A DNA stretch of 64,000 nt from Clarias gariepinus (taxonomy: Eukaryota). Positions 50,346 through 63,990 of this stretch are shown here, piece by piece. The notes beneath the pieces are model-generated. The model was not told where the DNA came from and searched no databases. It was given only the letters and a program-made list of their open reading frames with translations. Every line of letters starts with the position of its first letter. Within the stretch, counting starts at the first letter, position 1. Location of the stretch: positions 12,526,746 to 12,590,745 of the forward strand of contig NC_071115.1 in assembly GCF_024256425.1 (NCBI RefSeq). Direction: 5' to 3'. The position numbers and the translations under genes were made by a program.

Positions 50346-50714
50346 TCTACAGATACAGGGGATTAGAAATTATATTCAAAAATGCTAGAGTATTCTTAAA
50401 AACATAGTAATCGTGTCGAAGGCAATACTAATATTGTGTTATATCTACAAGCTCGTAAGTGATGAAACTACATGACTTGTTTATGGTATTAAAAAGAAAA
50501 TAACTTATTAAAAAGCTAATTAAAAGCTGCCCTCCTTCCTTACTACTAGTCCAATGCCTTTTAATCCTTTTCCTGCTGTTATCTCCTCCCAGACACGATC
50601 CTCTTTCAGTTGGTCTCTGTGCTCAGAGAAGCAGTGGGATGAGCAAAATTTCCAGTGCTCCTGGTGAGAACCAATCTGTGCACATACTTGGAGCTAGTGT
50701 GGAATCACTCTCAT

Positions 50715-50985
50715 TTATTCTTTCTCTATACCGCTTATCCTGTTCAGAATCGCACAAGGTCTTGACCCTAACCCAGGGCCTTGGTGCATAAGACACATAA
50801 GGACACAAGCACACACTCACTCACACACTATGAGCAGTTTCGAAATGCTAAGTAGCCTACCCTGCATGTCTTCGGACCATGGGAGGACAAACAAGTACTT
50901 GTAAGAAACTCACCAAGCACGGGGCCAACATGCAAACTCCACACACACGGACCCAAAGCGGGAATCAAACCCATACCCTTGGGGG
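50715..50985 (-). mobile_element. SINE copy
   Basis: ccgcttatcctgttcagaatcgcacaaggtcttgaccctaacccagggcc...ctaccctgcatgtcttcggaccatgggagga...gcatgcaaactccacac. Confidence 0.65.
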
Positions 50986-51829
50986 TTGAATAGAAAGGAG
51001 GTATAAGTCTTATAAGTCAAGTTATATGTCTGGCTAGTGCTGCTGGGCAAAATGAAAGAGAGAGAGAGAGAGAGAGAACACATAATGGAAGATATAAAAT
51101 GGGATAGCTTAAATGCACATAGATGTGAGGCAGGTAGAGTGAACCAGAGAAAAAAACATCTAAAGGCAGATCATTTAATCACAGGAAATTTAGACTTCAA
51201 ATTACAGGCATCAGATTTTGCCTACCCTGCACTATTTAAATATATACCTCTGCAGGGCAGAAAGGAGAAACTGCTACCGAAGGGCTTTTTATGTTTGCAC
51301 TGTTATTCAAGTAAACTTCATATAGCCAAGTCTTTTAAGTGTTATTTGATATAGAGCCACAAAGCAACTGTAAAAAATACATTTTTCAGTAATTACCTAC
51401 AAAAATAAAATAAATAAATAAACGCACATACATTTTCAGTGCATCTAGTTAATTTACAATAACAGGAAAACATCTTTTACAATTTAAATTGAAAGTTATA
51501 ACTAATATATCCTGCATTCATGATATGTTGTTAGTCCTTTGGCTGCTCCCGTTGAGGGGTCCATTCAATCCACACAACTTGGCAAAGTTTATATGGCAGA
51601 TGTTCTTCCAAAATGGACTAAGTTATTAGTCCATTTTATCCAGGCTTAAGACCGGCACTGCATCCAGTGGCTGGGCCAAACCTACATTCATTATATGTAA
51701 AGTGAAATATTTCAACCCTTTTCAATAATTATGGCTTACAGCTCATGAATAAAATTAAAATCCAGTATGTCAAAATATCCATTTTGCGTAAATTACTATT
51801 CATACAGTATAAATACCTTGTAGATCTTG

Positions 51830-52830
51830 ACCTAGTTCAGTTCACACATGGGGAAGACTGCTGACGTGACACGACAGTTGATCATCGCAACCCTCCACAA
51901 GGACAGTAAGCACTAAACAAAGGTGTTCAGTGGGGCTGAAGTCAGGGTGCTGAACGGGAGAATCAAATTCCTATGTAAGTGCACCTTAAAATAATGCTAG
52001 AAAGTAGACATGAGATGCACTCGTGTGTAGGGCGCTGGTGCATTTGGAACTTTCTTTCACCAGGTTTTCTAAATGCTATTATAACTGTATAGCCCACATA
52101 CATACACCACGAGTCAAAAGTTTGCACGAGCTGCACAGGTGCACAAACAACAGTGAAGACTGCAAGCTTAAAAATATTGTCAAGCAAAGACTGATTCAAG
52201 ACCTTAAGAGAGCTTTAAAGAAATGGAGTAAGGCTGGAGTCAGTGCATCATGAGCCACTATGCTCAGATATCCTGAAGAAATGGATTGCATTCCTAGTAT
52301 CAAGCCACTCAGAACCACAGACGTCAGAACCATCTTACCTAAGAAATAGAGGAACTGGACTAAGTAGAAACTAAATTTTGCATTTTATTTGGAAAATTAG
52401 GGCTCAGAGTCTGGAGAAAGAGTAGAAAAGCACAGAAGTTGCTTGGAGTCATGTGTGAAGTTTCCATAGTTGGTAATGATTTGGGTTGCAATGCCATCTG
52501 CATATGTTGGTCCACTGTGTTTTAGAGCACTTCATGCTTCCGTCTGCTAGTCCAGCGAGACTAAACACCATTCCACAGTCCCAAAACTACCAGTAACTGG
52601 TTTACCCAACTAACCTGACCTGAACGCCCTAGAGAAACCATGGAATGTTGTCAAGATGAAGTTTCGGAACACCTGACCCAAAAATGCAGATGAGCTGAAT
52701 GCTGCTATCGAAGCAACCAGGTCTTTAATAAGCAGTGCCACAGGCTGATCGCCTTCATGCCATGCCGCACTTACACACCAATTCATGCTAAAGGAGCCCT
52801 AATTAAGTATTGGGTGGATAAATAAACAAT
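51830..52830 (+). mobile_element. Degenerate Tc1-like element (transposase pseudogene)
   Basis: N-terminal MGKTADVTRQLIIATLHKD motif at about 51850. C-terminal NLWNVVKMKFRNT..DELNAAIEATRSLISSATG..HAKGALIKY motif at about 52640-52810. Frameshifts and stops lie between. Confidence 0.55.
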
Positions 52831-54180
52831 TTTCAGAAGATGTACATTTCTGTGTTGTAAATCTTTTTTTTATTGATCTTAGGCAATATTAATATTTTGA
52901 GATACTAAAATATATGAAAGTTTCACTTTAGTACTTATATTCAGGCAGCAGCTTAGGAACCCTGAACTTCATTAAGATAAATTTAGCCTTAATTTAGAAT
53001 TTTAACTTTACTAATACCAGTCAAGGGTTGGGAGTTTGAATCTTGCCTCCAGTCTGTGTGTAGTTTACTTGGTTCTCTCCATGCTTGTTTTTTACCCCAC
53101 AGTCCAATGACGTATTTTAGATGATAGGTGTTTCCAAATTGCATTGAGTGTGGCTGCGTGTAGGTTACTGATAAGCACTGATGTTTACTGAGTAATTTTT
53201 GTTCCAGTTTGTTATGAAGGTGTTCATTTGTTGTAAAGTTCCAAGTGTGTAGCTTCCCTATTTAAAAATGACAAAACGAAGATATTAATTTACATTTCTT
53301 TTTATTTAAAAAGATTTACACTTGTATTTAAATTAACCAACATGGCACACATGATAGAAATGCTGGTTTAGTAAAGAAAACAGTCAGAGATATGGGTAGG
53401 GAAAAAAAAGACATAAAAGTATTGAGGAAATTCTTTAAAACAGATTGCCTGGCAGGCAAAATGAAAGGAAAAAAAATAAGGGGTATTTGAAAATGACAAA
53501 CACGCTTCTCTTTCATACACTACAACACAGGACATATGTTCTTAAAGGAGCAGTTTGTAATTTTAAGAGCCCTCTGCTGCCTCATAAGGCATGAAATAAT
53601 GGGCAGACCTGAGCAGCTCTGATCTGGCTGGGGAGGAGCTTATTTCTGGGCCAGAAAAGTGTAAACAAAAGCCTGAGATAAAGACACTAGCCAATCCAGC
53701 CCATGCCAATACTGTAAATCACAGTTTTTCTAAGGTATTCTTGATGTTATGTGATTATTACAGGTTGACAAACAATTACACATTACAAACTGCACTTTAA
53801 AATCACCTTGGGGTCGAATACTACAGCAGTATGCTACACAGCACACAACAGAATGTGATAAATCCGTTGGACGTAAAATTAATTCCAGGGTCCATCAATT
53901 TCACTGAGACAATTATTAGTAGCTATTAGTCAATACTTTGAATGATGCCCTGCATTCTATGTAAAAAAAAAAGCAGAAAAAAGTACAGTAGGTGAGCTGT
54001 AAACGGCTTATGCTGTCAGATTTTGTCTCAGACATACACACGCAATAAACACACATGCACACAAAAGTCAAGTAGAAAAAGATCTGCATAGCTGAAACAG
54101 TACTGTGAACGCAGGTATATAAATATATAAAAGAAGGTAGTGTGTGAAGGAAGAGGAAAGTGGCTGGAGTGACATCAGCG

Positions 54181-54345
54181 CTAGGAGCACTTCCAAACAC
54201 ACACCGCTAGGCTGCCGCCGAAAAACATGTACAATAGATTCTTTACTTCGTGAGTCACCTCAAATCCAAAACCCTCGCCGATTACTACATGCCAAGAACT
54301 CCCAAACTTCTTATCCATGGACTCCTTTATCATCTTAGCTGCACT
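54181..54345 (-). CDS. dnal4: dnal4 terminal coding exon (stop at 54183-54181)
   Basis: Reads SAAKMIKESMDKKFGSSWHVVIGEGFGFEVTHEVKNLLYMFFGGSLAVCVWKCS*. Near-identical to the human DNAL4 C-terminus ...SAAKMIKETMDKKFGSSWHVVIGEGFGFEITHEVKNLLYLYFGGTLAVCVWKCS. Acceptor tattctcttcctcag|AGT. The protein totals 106 aa. A possible AATAAA lies on the minus strand near 53303-53308. Confidence 0.9.
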   Translation of the reverse strand, partial: SAAKMIKESMDKKFGSSWHVVIGEGFGFEVTHEVKNLLYMFFGGSLAVCVWKCS

Positions 54346-55315
54346 CTGAGGAAGAGAATAATGTAAGTCACTTACAGTAATAGTCAAGTCATCACTAAGT
54401 GATCTCTTACCATATGCATGCAGACATACTTCCTATAACTGTGAACTTCTTAAATAATTTGTTGCCGTTTATAAATAAAAGCTATTGGTATCAGTAAATT
54501 GGTCTACTCACTCTCATAGCTACTCTTTATTTATGCAACAATACACACTCTGATAAAATTTCTGCTTCCTTATGAAATATGTTCTGGATTGAATGCAAAA
54601 TGGTGGAATTAATAATGAACTACTGGGATACCACTGGACAGAACTGTTATATAAGAGCCATTAAAAGCCCTAAATAGTAAGAAAGTCAACATCATACTCT
54701 TAATATTCTTCAGCTGTGCACTGACTTTACCCTTATTTTATTTCAGTTTTTACTTTACTAGTCTTTTAATTTGGTTTCTTAAAATACAGAAAACACAGGA
54801 TGACTATTTAAACAAAAGCTGAAATAAACAGAGTGCAGTCAGTTAACAATTATGATTCATGATTTCATTTTCCCAGACCAATCTGAAAAGCTAAAGGTTT
54901 ATTTAGAAATGACCTTCCGGCAGCTAAATATAAGCTACCTTCTGTTGGATTTTTGTTATTGGCTAGCATCTTTGGGACTGCTATTTAAGCGGATCCAGTC
55001 TGCTTCTAGCAGATTTGGCAACCCTGACACGAATATAAAACTGTTGTGAGTCAATCAGCAGCCCACATTACTAAAGTTCTCAAAGCTAACAGAATGTATG
55101 GTAACGGTTACAAGACGAGTAGGCTACAGTTACTGTCCAGATGGCTACACTATGAGGGATCGGCATGATGTAAGTGTTTAGACTCTGAGCCAGACAGACT
55201 GAGAACCTGTCAACACTCCTACGAGTGTGGGTGGGAAAACAGAGCCATGCACAGAGCCAATTCAGTACCCCTGCCCATACCTGCCCATGTCTGGAAACAT
55301 GCATACAGTTCTAAC

Positions 55316-55399
55316 CTCGTTATTGGTGGCATACTTTTCACAGGCTGTGACACACAGCTCCATGGTTTCGACTCTCATCTCCTCTGGCATGTCTGTGTG
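55316..55399 (-). CDS. dnal4: dnal4 coding exon 2
   Basis: 28 codons: HTDMPEEMRVETMELCVTACEKYATNNE. Matches human HSDMPEEMRVETMELCVTACEKFSNNNE. Acceptor ttctgttgtag|CAC, donor AACGAG|GTTAGA. Confidence 0.9.
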
Positions 55400-58300
55400 C
55401 TACAACAGAAACACGATAAAAATGAGGGTATGTAGATCCAAATATTTTTAAGTGTGTATGACTTCTTGCACTTTTTATATACAGTCATCTCATTTTAGAA
55501 GGACAAAAAGTAACAACAACTGGCGGATCTTTTTCTTTTTGAATGGCAAGATGTGTTACTCTATCATGACTGCAAGTACAAAAAAGCAGATCTAGAGTTA
55601 ATTTCAAGCCTGTAAAGAATCTGCTGCTGTTAATTTGCAGTATGAAAGTTCAAAAAGCTATGCTGTCCGGCCAAAAAAAAAAAAAAAAAGACTCATGCAT
55701 TTATATAGTAGTAACTCTTTCACAATTTGAGTCCTGGAAAATGCGTGTGCCATTAGCAAAGAAAAACTCAAAGATAGTCAAAGATAACCTGGTCATTCAT
55801 TACATTCAGGTCATCAGTTGACTTCATTTTACTGCCATATTTTATTACTATGCCTAGTCCTGACCAATTGAAGCAACCCCACATCATAACACTGCATCCA
55901 CAGACTTGTACAGTAGGCACTATGCATGATGACCGCATTATTTCAAGTGCTTCCCTTCTTAACTCTGATGCACCAATTGCTTTGGAACATGGTCAATCTG
56001 AACTCATCAGACCACATGACCTTTTTATTGCTCCAAAGTCAAATCATAATGCTCCCTATCATATTCAAGCTTTTTTATGATCATCTTACTAACATGTGAC
56101 TTTTTAATGGCCACACAAATGTTTAGTCCATTCAACCAGATTTTAACCATATTAGTTTAGTCAACCACATTTCCTGCACAAAGTTGATGGTTCAGCACTA
56201 TCCTTCTAGGTTTTAATAATGTGTTGAATGTTCTTAACATAGTTTCAGTAATATTAAATCTCCTTAGTTTTCACTTGGTGAAGCTCAATAATCTGTCCTT
56301 CCTGAAATGCAGACTATTTTTTGCCAGGCAGTGTATGACTGCAAGCCACCATTAGATCGAAAAATCTAAAATTCAAGAAACAGAGAACATAGTTGATTTG
56401 GTCACACTCAACTACTATCTCTATACTTTCCTAAAAGAAAAAGAACAAATGCTGAGCTCAGAAACACCAAAAAGCCTGAAAGACCAACTTTTTATATGAC
56501 ACGAGAGTTATTCACTAGTGGAAAAAAAAAAAACCTTCACTATAAGATCAAGACTACCTACTGGGAAGTAGATACATCTGTCAAAGTCAACAATCAAGAG
56601 AAGCCTTCACCAGAATAAATACAAAGGGGTTTGCTGCAAGATGTAAACCACTGGTAAGTTTAAAAATAGGAAAACAGATTAGAGTCCAAAAATACAGTTC
56701 TGAAACTATGTCTACAAACAATGATGGAATAAGAAGAGTACTGGGAAAGGAACTCATAATGATCCGAAGCACACCAATTCAATCTTATGCTGTGGGCATT
56801 TATGGCTGGTAAATGAACAGTTTCCTTTGCATTTACTGAATATTTTACTTATGACTTAAGTAGCAGTATGAATTCTTAAGTGTATAGGGCTAGATTATTT
56901 GCACAGATTAAATTCCAGTCTCATTTGCTGGCATTTAAGTGTGCAGATTGACAATAACCTGATGCATACTTCAAAAGCAACCCAGGAATGCCCTAGGTTA
57001 AAAAATATATATATAAACAAAATGTTGATTTACTTTTGGAGTCTTAAAAATATGAACACATACAAAATCTTGTAATTGACACTGTTAAACAAATTTGAAC
57101 AATCCCCTAAATTAAAGGTCAAAGCTTAAACTTTATAATTATTATCATTATACTGTGAAATATGGTGTTAAACAAAAATAACAGTACCCTCTTCAATGTC
57201 CAAATCCTGTGGATTTGATTACATATTGAGTATTTTATGAGAGGACACAATCCTATTCTTTATGGACCTTTACTGAAATTAAGTAAAATGAATGAGATGC
57301 GTCCGAAACAAAGCTTCACAGATGGGTCTCTGGACTTCTTTTAAAGCAAAGCAGCGTGACTGAGTGTAATGTGCTGTTCTGGGTGGGAGTGTTGTTCCAG
57401 CGCTTTTGCATCTGCAGTGGATGTGCGATTTGACTCTTTTCTTTGAACCTCTTTACTCAAAACACGTCTAAGAAAACTCTAAAACAAAAAATAAATCAGT
57501 ATACTGGATGTTTATGGAAGACACATTTTTGTCATCCAGCTTACACATTGTCATTCAGCTTACTGAATTCTTAATTCTTGGTATAAGGCACTGAAGCAAA
57601 ATAAGTTGTGTCCTAATAATGTGCTACTAGTGACAAACAATAAATAATAAACTTTTCATTTTTTAGCTTTCTTGTATAAAAACCAAAAAGAGAAGCAAGG
57701 TGTCCGACACCCGCATTGAATGATTTGGGGTTCAGCAAAAACAGTGAGCATGCTTAAAATCACAACACAGTGATTTGGAAATGTATTAAATCCTTTTGTG
57801 TTTTTCAATGACAAAGTTGGTATTTTCATTTAGCAGGCACTTTATCCAGATTGACTTACTGTATGTAAGTGCATCACTAAATATCCTTACACTGATTCAC
57901 TAGGTTAATAGCTGGAAGTACCATCAGTCAAACACTGCTGGGAAGTATGGATTCTCCAATCTGTACAATTCTAACAACAGTACATACATATGACATATGA
58001 TCTGAGAAAGTATCATAAAATTTTAAAGTGTATTGAGCTTTTGAGAAGTTCTAGTGAGATTTAGCAGCTGCCCTTATGGATAACTTTTTATACTGAAATT
58101 ATTCACACTGTGTTGTTTTTAATCTGTGAATAAGGTTAGTTGTGTTAAACTGTTTTGCATGCTTCTGTTATTGGCCACTTGAGAGACAACCGATCTGTAA
58201 AAATTAAGTGATTATCATGCAATTTCGATGAGACTGGACTGACTAATCAACACAAGTGCAGACACACTGACCTACACTACCAAACTATAGTACACACCAA

Positions 58301-59084
58301 TCTGTAAATGTTTCACTGTTTATCTCTTTTGCACAATATTCATTACTTTTTGCACTAATTCCTCAATTCTTGCTGCTGTGTTAAGGAATGTTTACTGTTT
58401 CTCCACTACCTCAACACCATATTTTATGTTCCGTTATGTCAGGGTTGTCGCACTGTCACTTTGTTGTTGCTCGTTTGCACATTTGCACGTGCACTTTATG
58501 TTGTCTGTTAAACCTGTAGATAGTCTTACTTAGCTAGTTAGTTTTTGTTCATTTATGTTGTAATTTATATTAGGATTATCTGTCTTGTCTCTGCTAGCCA
58601 GCTAACTAGACCTCTTAGTTAGCTAGTTTAGTTTTTCTGTTAATTTATGGGTCAATTTATGTTGCATGTAGCACCTTGGTCCTGGAGGAACGTTGTTTCG
58701 TTTCACTGTGTACTAACTGTATATGGTTGAAGTGACAATAAAGCCTACTTGAACTTGATTAGGGCACCCTTATTGGGAAGAATTATTAATAGTATTTTTT
58801 AATACTATTACACGCAAATGCTTAAGAAACAGACAGGTCTTTAGCCGTCTCTTAAAGATTGTTATGGCTTGGTTGTACAAAGATCTAGGGGAAGTTTATT
58901 CCAAGATCTAGGTGCCAGAACAGAAAACAGTAAAGATCCCTGAGAGATGCTGTGACCAGTCAAACAGTGCTGGATAATCATGGGGTACGTGGTGCAGTGC
59001 GGGGTGTGATAAGTGTGCATTTGCATTTCTACACACTGAATTATATGATGAAAACTTTAAACATAACAAAAACTGAAAACAAAC

Positions 59085-59156
59085 CCTAATGAGAGGAAAG
59101 CTGTGTAATCTCTTGTAGTCCGCCTCCTCTTTCTTACTTTCTCCTGTTTCTGCCAT
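59085..59156 (-). CDS. dnal4: dnal4 coding exon 1 (exon spans 59085-59168)
   Basis: ATG at 59156. Reads MAETGESKKEEADYKRLHSFPLIR. Matches human DNAL4 MGETEGKKDEADYKRLQTFPLVR. Acceptor ttttttccccttctag| 12 nt upstream of the ATG; donor AGG|GTTTGT. Confidence 0.85.
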
Positions 59157-59835
59157 TTGGATTTCTTACTAGAAGGGGAAAAAAACATAGAAAACTAGAT
59201 GTAAGAGACAATAATTATTTTATTTCCAGATATTTTGATGGGGTGCAGACCAGAAAACAATTTTACTTAACTTGGGTCAACAAGAGAAGTCTAGGCAGTC
59301 AGGGTTATTTTCCCTAAGCACTCTATGTACAGGGAATGCAAGCAGTGATAAAACTTACCGACGCTATAAGAATAAATAAAACAAGATAGTAATTACACAT
59401 GTTTCTCCAGCCATGTAACTTAGACATGCCCATATCTTGCTCTCAGCTAGCTGTTACCTTGGGCTGACTAGCGGGCTAGCAGAACAATGAAAACCAGTGT
59501 ATTAACGTTATGCTTACAAGTGACGCTAGCAAGAAAATGTCTCTTTAGTATTATAATTTTTATTTTCGATATTTCCGAATCAGTTACATTAACCACCGAA
59601 CGTTTAGGAGAAGTAGCCAGAAAAGTGTGTTAGACATAACGGTGCAATTCTGTTTGGGCTAAATGCTAACAGGCTAACATAGTAACCATACAGGCGTTAT
59701 CTACCCAGTCGTGTTTGTGCACAGAACAGACCGCTAGCACTAACGCTAATTAATAATCGTACATTTATTCTATTTAAGCAGTGTACACTGAGTGTGTGTG
59801 ACGTTACCGCTTTCTCGCGCTGCGAGGAAACTTAC

Positions 59836-59930
59836 TTTCTTCAACTACCGTTGACATGGAGACAAACCAGCCATAGCAACCATGGAGGAGGAAACCCACG
59901 TGATCGTGCTACTTCCGTTGTCCTGGCGGG
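59836..59930 (-). other. dnal4: dnal4 5' non-coding exon 1 (TSS approximate)
   Basis: The minus strand reads ...CAACGGAAGTAGCACGATCACGTGGGTTTCC...GTTGAAGAAA|GTAAGT, with the donor at 59835-59834. An ETS CGGAAGT motif and an E-box CACGTG (plus 59897-59902) lie at the start. Confidence 0.45.
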
Positions 59931-60349
59931 GAAAAACAAGGACGAGGAGAAAGCAAGAGAAAAGAAAGAAAGAGTGGTTAAAAACTTTAGGTGGTTGGTT
60001 TGATTGCTTAGTAAACAATTTTCTTTGAGTTTTAACTGCACCCAAGTAAAAATACATTTGAATAGTATAATTTCTTCCTACATTTTTCTTACTCCTTTCT
60101 CCCTATCAATTTTAATAGTCAGGTAATTCTACAGAAAAGGTTAAATTTTGGGTGATAAAAATCTTCTGAAATGTATTTCTTCTTTTACAGCTAGATTTTT
60201 TTAAATAGCAAGAACTTACTCTTAAGCTTGATGAAAAGGAAACATTAAAAAATAAAATCATCACACATATTAAGAACAAAAAAAAAAGAAAAACAGTCAA
60301 ATTTTGCTACTCTGTGTTAAAATCCAGGGAGAAAAGATGAGCGACTGTG

Positions 60350-60530
60350 GCAACACTGAGTCAGGAGTAGCTTAGTGGTTAAGACACTGGACTATGGTTT
60401 GGACGGTCCCAGGTTCAAATCCCACAACCAAGTTGTCCTTGCTCAATTGCTCAGATGTATAGTGAGATAATAATATAAGTTTCTCTGGATAAGGGTGTCT
60501 GCCAAATGCGTAAATGTAAAATATACACAA
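60350..60530 (+). mobile_element. tRNA-derived SINE with (AAATGT)-type tail
   Basis: gagtcaggagtagcttagtggttaagacactggactatggtttggacggtcccaggttcaaatccc...ctctggataagggtgtctgccaaatgcgtaaatgtaaa. Confidence 0.55.
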
Positions 60531-61194
60531 ACCAGGTCAGTTAAACATGCTGGAGCTAAGCCATTGAGAGACTTAAAAACAAATAATAACATTTTTAATT
60601 GGACTCCAAAACTCATTGGAAGCCAATGAAGAGTAGTGAAGGACAGGAGTAATATGGGACCATTTTGAAGTACAGTATTTGTTAAAAATCGAGCAGGAGC
60701 GTTTTGTACAAGTTGAAAGATGGAGGGAAGATTGACTGCTGCCATAATACAAAGCATTACAGTAGTTAGTCTTGAAGTTAAAAATGCATGAATTGCTGCC
60801 TCCTCCCTCCGGCCAAGAAAGGATTTGACCTTGGCTAATAAGCGGAGTTGGAAGAAGCTAGCCTAGACTACGGCATTGATCTGCTTATTAAAATGTAGAT
60901 CATTATTGAAAATCACTCTGAGATTCCTGACCTCAAATTTTCAGGGGCAGAGGCACCACCCCACCTGCCAAAAAATCCACCAATGGTTCTGGAGGGCTAG
61001 GGTAGTCCAGACTAAGTTGAATGTATAACTAAATGCCATTCACGTAACAATGGAATTACAAGTTAAATATACAAAGAAAATAGTAAAGGTCCAAGAACCA
61101 TGCCCTGCGGGACCTCACATAACAGGGGAGCACAAACCACCCTACCTCACAACGAAGGTCCTGTTTAGGAGATAGGATCAAAAAGGGATGTTTA

Positions 61195-61700
61195 ATGCAT
61201 TTTTATTTTTATACATTTAATAACTAGTGTTACTTCGCTTCCTGGTAACACCAATGACAGTAAAAACTGTCCTAAGATCACTAATGTCCTAAGTAACACC
61301 AATGATGGTAAAATAAATGATTTAATACCAATAATGATGACACCAGTGACAGAAACATTAATGACGGTAACACAAATGACAATTTAGAGAATTCATTTAC
61401 ACCTAGAAATTCATTAATAGAAATAGCTTACTCCTAAACTTTATAAATCAATAAACAGTGAAGATTAATGCATTTTAATTTTTAATACATGTCATAACTA
61501 GTGTTATTTCAGATCCAGGCAACACCAGTGACAGTAACACCAATGACATTAACATTAGTGACATAACACCAATAATAGTAAAATCAATGACAGTAACGTT
61601 AATGATGGTAACACCAGTAATGGTAACACCAATGATGGTAACAACGAGAACAGAAACAACAATGATGGTAACACCAATGACAATTTAGAGAAAAATCATA
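61195..61700. repeat. Duplicated block containing a 15-bp minisatellite (ggtaacaccaatgat)n
   Basis: Two blocks, each starting cattttat/aatttt..taactagtgtta and followed by tandem aacaccaatgacagt-like 15-mers: 61240-61390 and 61500-61690. Confidence 0.7.
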
Positions 61701-62469
61701 ACTATCTACAAAATGTTTACGACCACATGTTTTTCAACTATGTCAAAATCAATTAATTATTAGGTGTAACTAGTTTTTCGGACAGTAATGTTTATAAAAT
61801 AAGTAACAACCATGATGCTTAAAAGCTTTACAAAAAATTGCAAAACAAATTCTGGCATTCCTAAACAAATAAAGTGAGTATCTAACAGACCTTTTGCATT
61901 TGTCTAGTGCCCTTCATCTAGTGACCTAAATGAAGAGCCATTAGGGCTAACTGATATTTATTATATATTATTAATAATAAATAATTATTGTTCCATGATT
62001 TTAGTGTTTAACTTATTTTATAAGAAATATATACAAATACATTTATCATGAAAGACATTCTCTCACTTTAATGTTCAATATTTAATGTTGTTGTGAATCA
62101 GATTTATGATTTATGATTTTTCATGAAAAAAATCTCTTTAGATGAAAACTTCCATGTACTGTATGATCAAAGACATTTCTTTGAACTTAACCTTTTTAAA
62201 AATGCTACAATTAAATATTTAACATTAAAGTGAAAGTATGTATTTCATGATTAAACGTACATACTATATTTTCTGAACATATACAAGTAATGGGTCATTT
62301 ATGTTAATTTAAATGATTTTGGCATCAACATCGATAAGTGACAGAACTTTCCACTATTTTTGCAGAATGACGCATTTCCTAAAATAATAATTCATATTCT
62401 GAACCCCATGACCTATCCATGAATCTAATATTTATGGGCTTATAATGTTTTATGTTAGTCTATTCTGGC

Positions 62470-62740
62470 TTGATGGCATTGAGGTTGAGCTTAGTGTATG
62501 GTCTGTGTGGGTTTCCACCAACCTCCTTGGTTTCCTCCTACCTCTTAAAAAGCTACCATAAGGTGGATGGGCTGTGCCAAATTGCTCCTACGTGTGAGTG
62601 AGTGTGTGGATATGTGTTCACGGTGTCAGCTGATGGCTTCCTCCCACAGTGTATTAAGGCTTACATCCAGGGTGCGTGGGATAGGCTCTGGATCCCCCAT
62701 GACTCTGACCACAATAAAGCACTTACTGAAGATAAATGAA
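62470..62740 (+). mobile_element. SINE copy (diverged)
   Basis: gtgtgggtttccaccaacctccttggtttcctcc...cagggtgcgtgggataggctctggatcccccatgactctgaccacaataaag. Confidence 0.55.
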
Positions 62741-63689
62741 TTCATATTTTTCATATGCTTCTCTCTAGTCTGAAAAGATACATTATATGGACAAAAGTAT
62801 TTAACAAACATGTTAATTATTAAATTCAGGTATTTCAATCAGTTCCCTTATCTCCAGTGAAGGCCAACCTTAATAAAAAACCCCAGTGCACAAAGCAAGG
62901 ACTATAAAGACATGGTTTAATGAGTTTGGTGTGAAAAAACTTGACTGGCCCGCACAGAGCCCTGACCTTACCCAGTTGAACACCTTTGGGATGAACTGTT
63001 ATGGAGATTGCAAGCCAGGCCTTCTCGTCTAATATCTGTTCCTGACCTCATAAATACTCTACAGAATGAATGGACATGAATTCCCATAGAATCACTCTAA
63101 AATCTTGTGGACAGCCTTCTTAGAAGAGTGGAAGCTGTTATAGCTGCAAAGGGGGACCAACTCCATGTTGAATTATATGTATTTGGATACATGTATCATT
63201 GCAGGTTTTGCCAAACACTTTCCTCCATATAATGTATAAGATCATGTAGACCTAAATAGTTGTAGATGTTTTTGTAGAAGAACTTATTTCACATTCCCTT
63301 ATGTTTTTTTTTTATTCTTTTTTAAAAAATATCTTATGCATTCAGTATATGCAAGATTAGATGTAATGAATAATTCATGACTAGATGAGGTAATCAATGT
63401 AATTTGTTTTTATTTTTAAGGTTTCATAAGTAGAAGAACTGCACTAGTACAGTAAATGCTAGTTTTCCAGTCTGGTTTCACAAGGAGGACTGAAAGGAAA
63501 GTATGTGTCCCATTTTCTTCAAAAGTAGATCTACACTTCTGACCTGATAAGAGGATCATAGAAAATTGACTTGAGTATAAGTTTCATTCTCCCTGCCCTA
63601 ATTGTAGACCACCATAGCCTGACCCTAATTTTAGTCATGATCTCACTAATGAAGAAAATGTTAATAGATAAATATGACCGATTTACACT

Positions 63690-63990
63690 GTTGGCATGGT
63701 GGCTTAGTAGGTAGCAGTGTCATGTTGAACTTTAAGGGTCTGGGTTCGATTCCCACCTTGGGTCTGTGTGCATGGAGTTTGCATGTTCTCTCAGTGCTTG
63801 GTGGGTTGTTTTCCAGGTTCCTCCCTTAGTCCAAACACATGCAGATTAGGCTAATTGGCTTTTACAAATTGCCTGTATGGTGTGGATGCACTGCGATGGT
63901 GTACCTTGCCTCTCCTGGGAGAAGCACCAGGGCCTCTATGACCCTGTATATACAGGATAAAGCGGTAATGATAATGACTTATTTACACTG
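63690..63990 (+). mobile_element. Full-length SINE copy
   Basis: tggcatggtggcttagtaggtagcagtgtcatg...ggttcgattcccacc..gtgcatggagtttgcatgttctctcagtgcttggtgg...gcagattaggctaattgg...gatggtgtaccttgcc...gataaagcgg. Confidence 0.75.
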
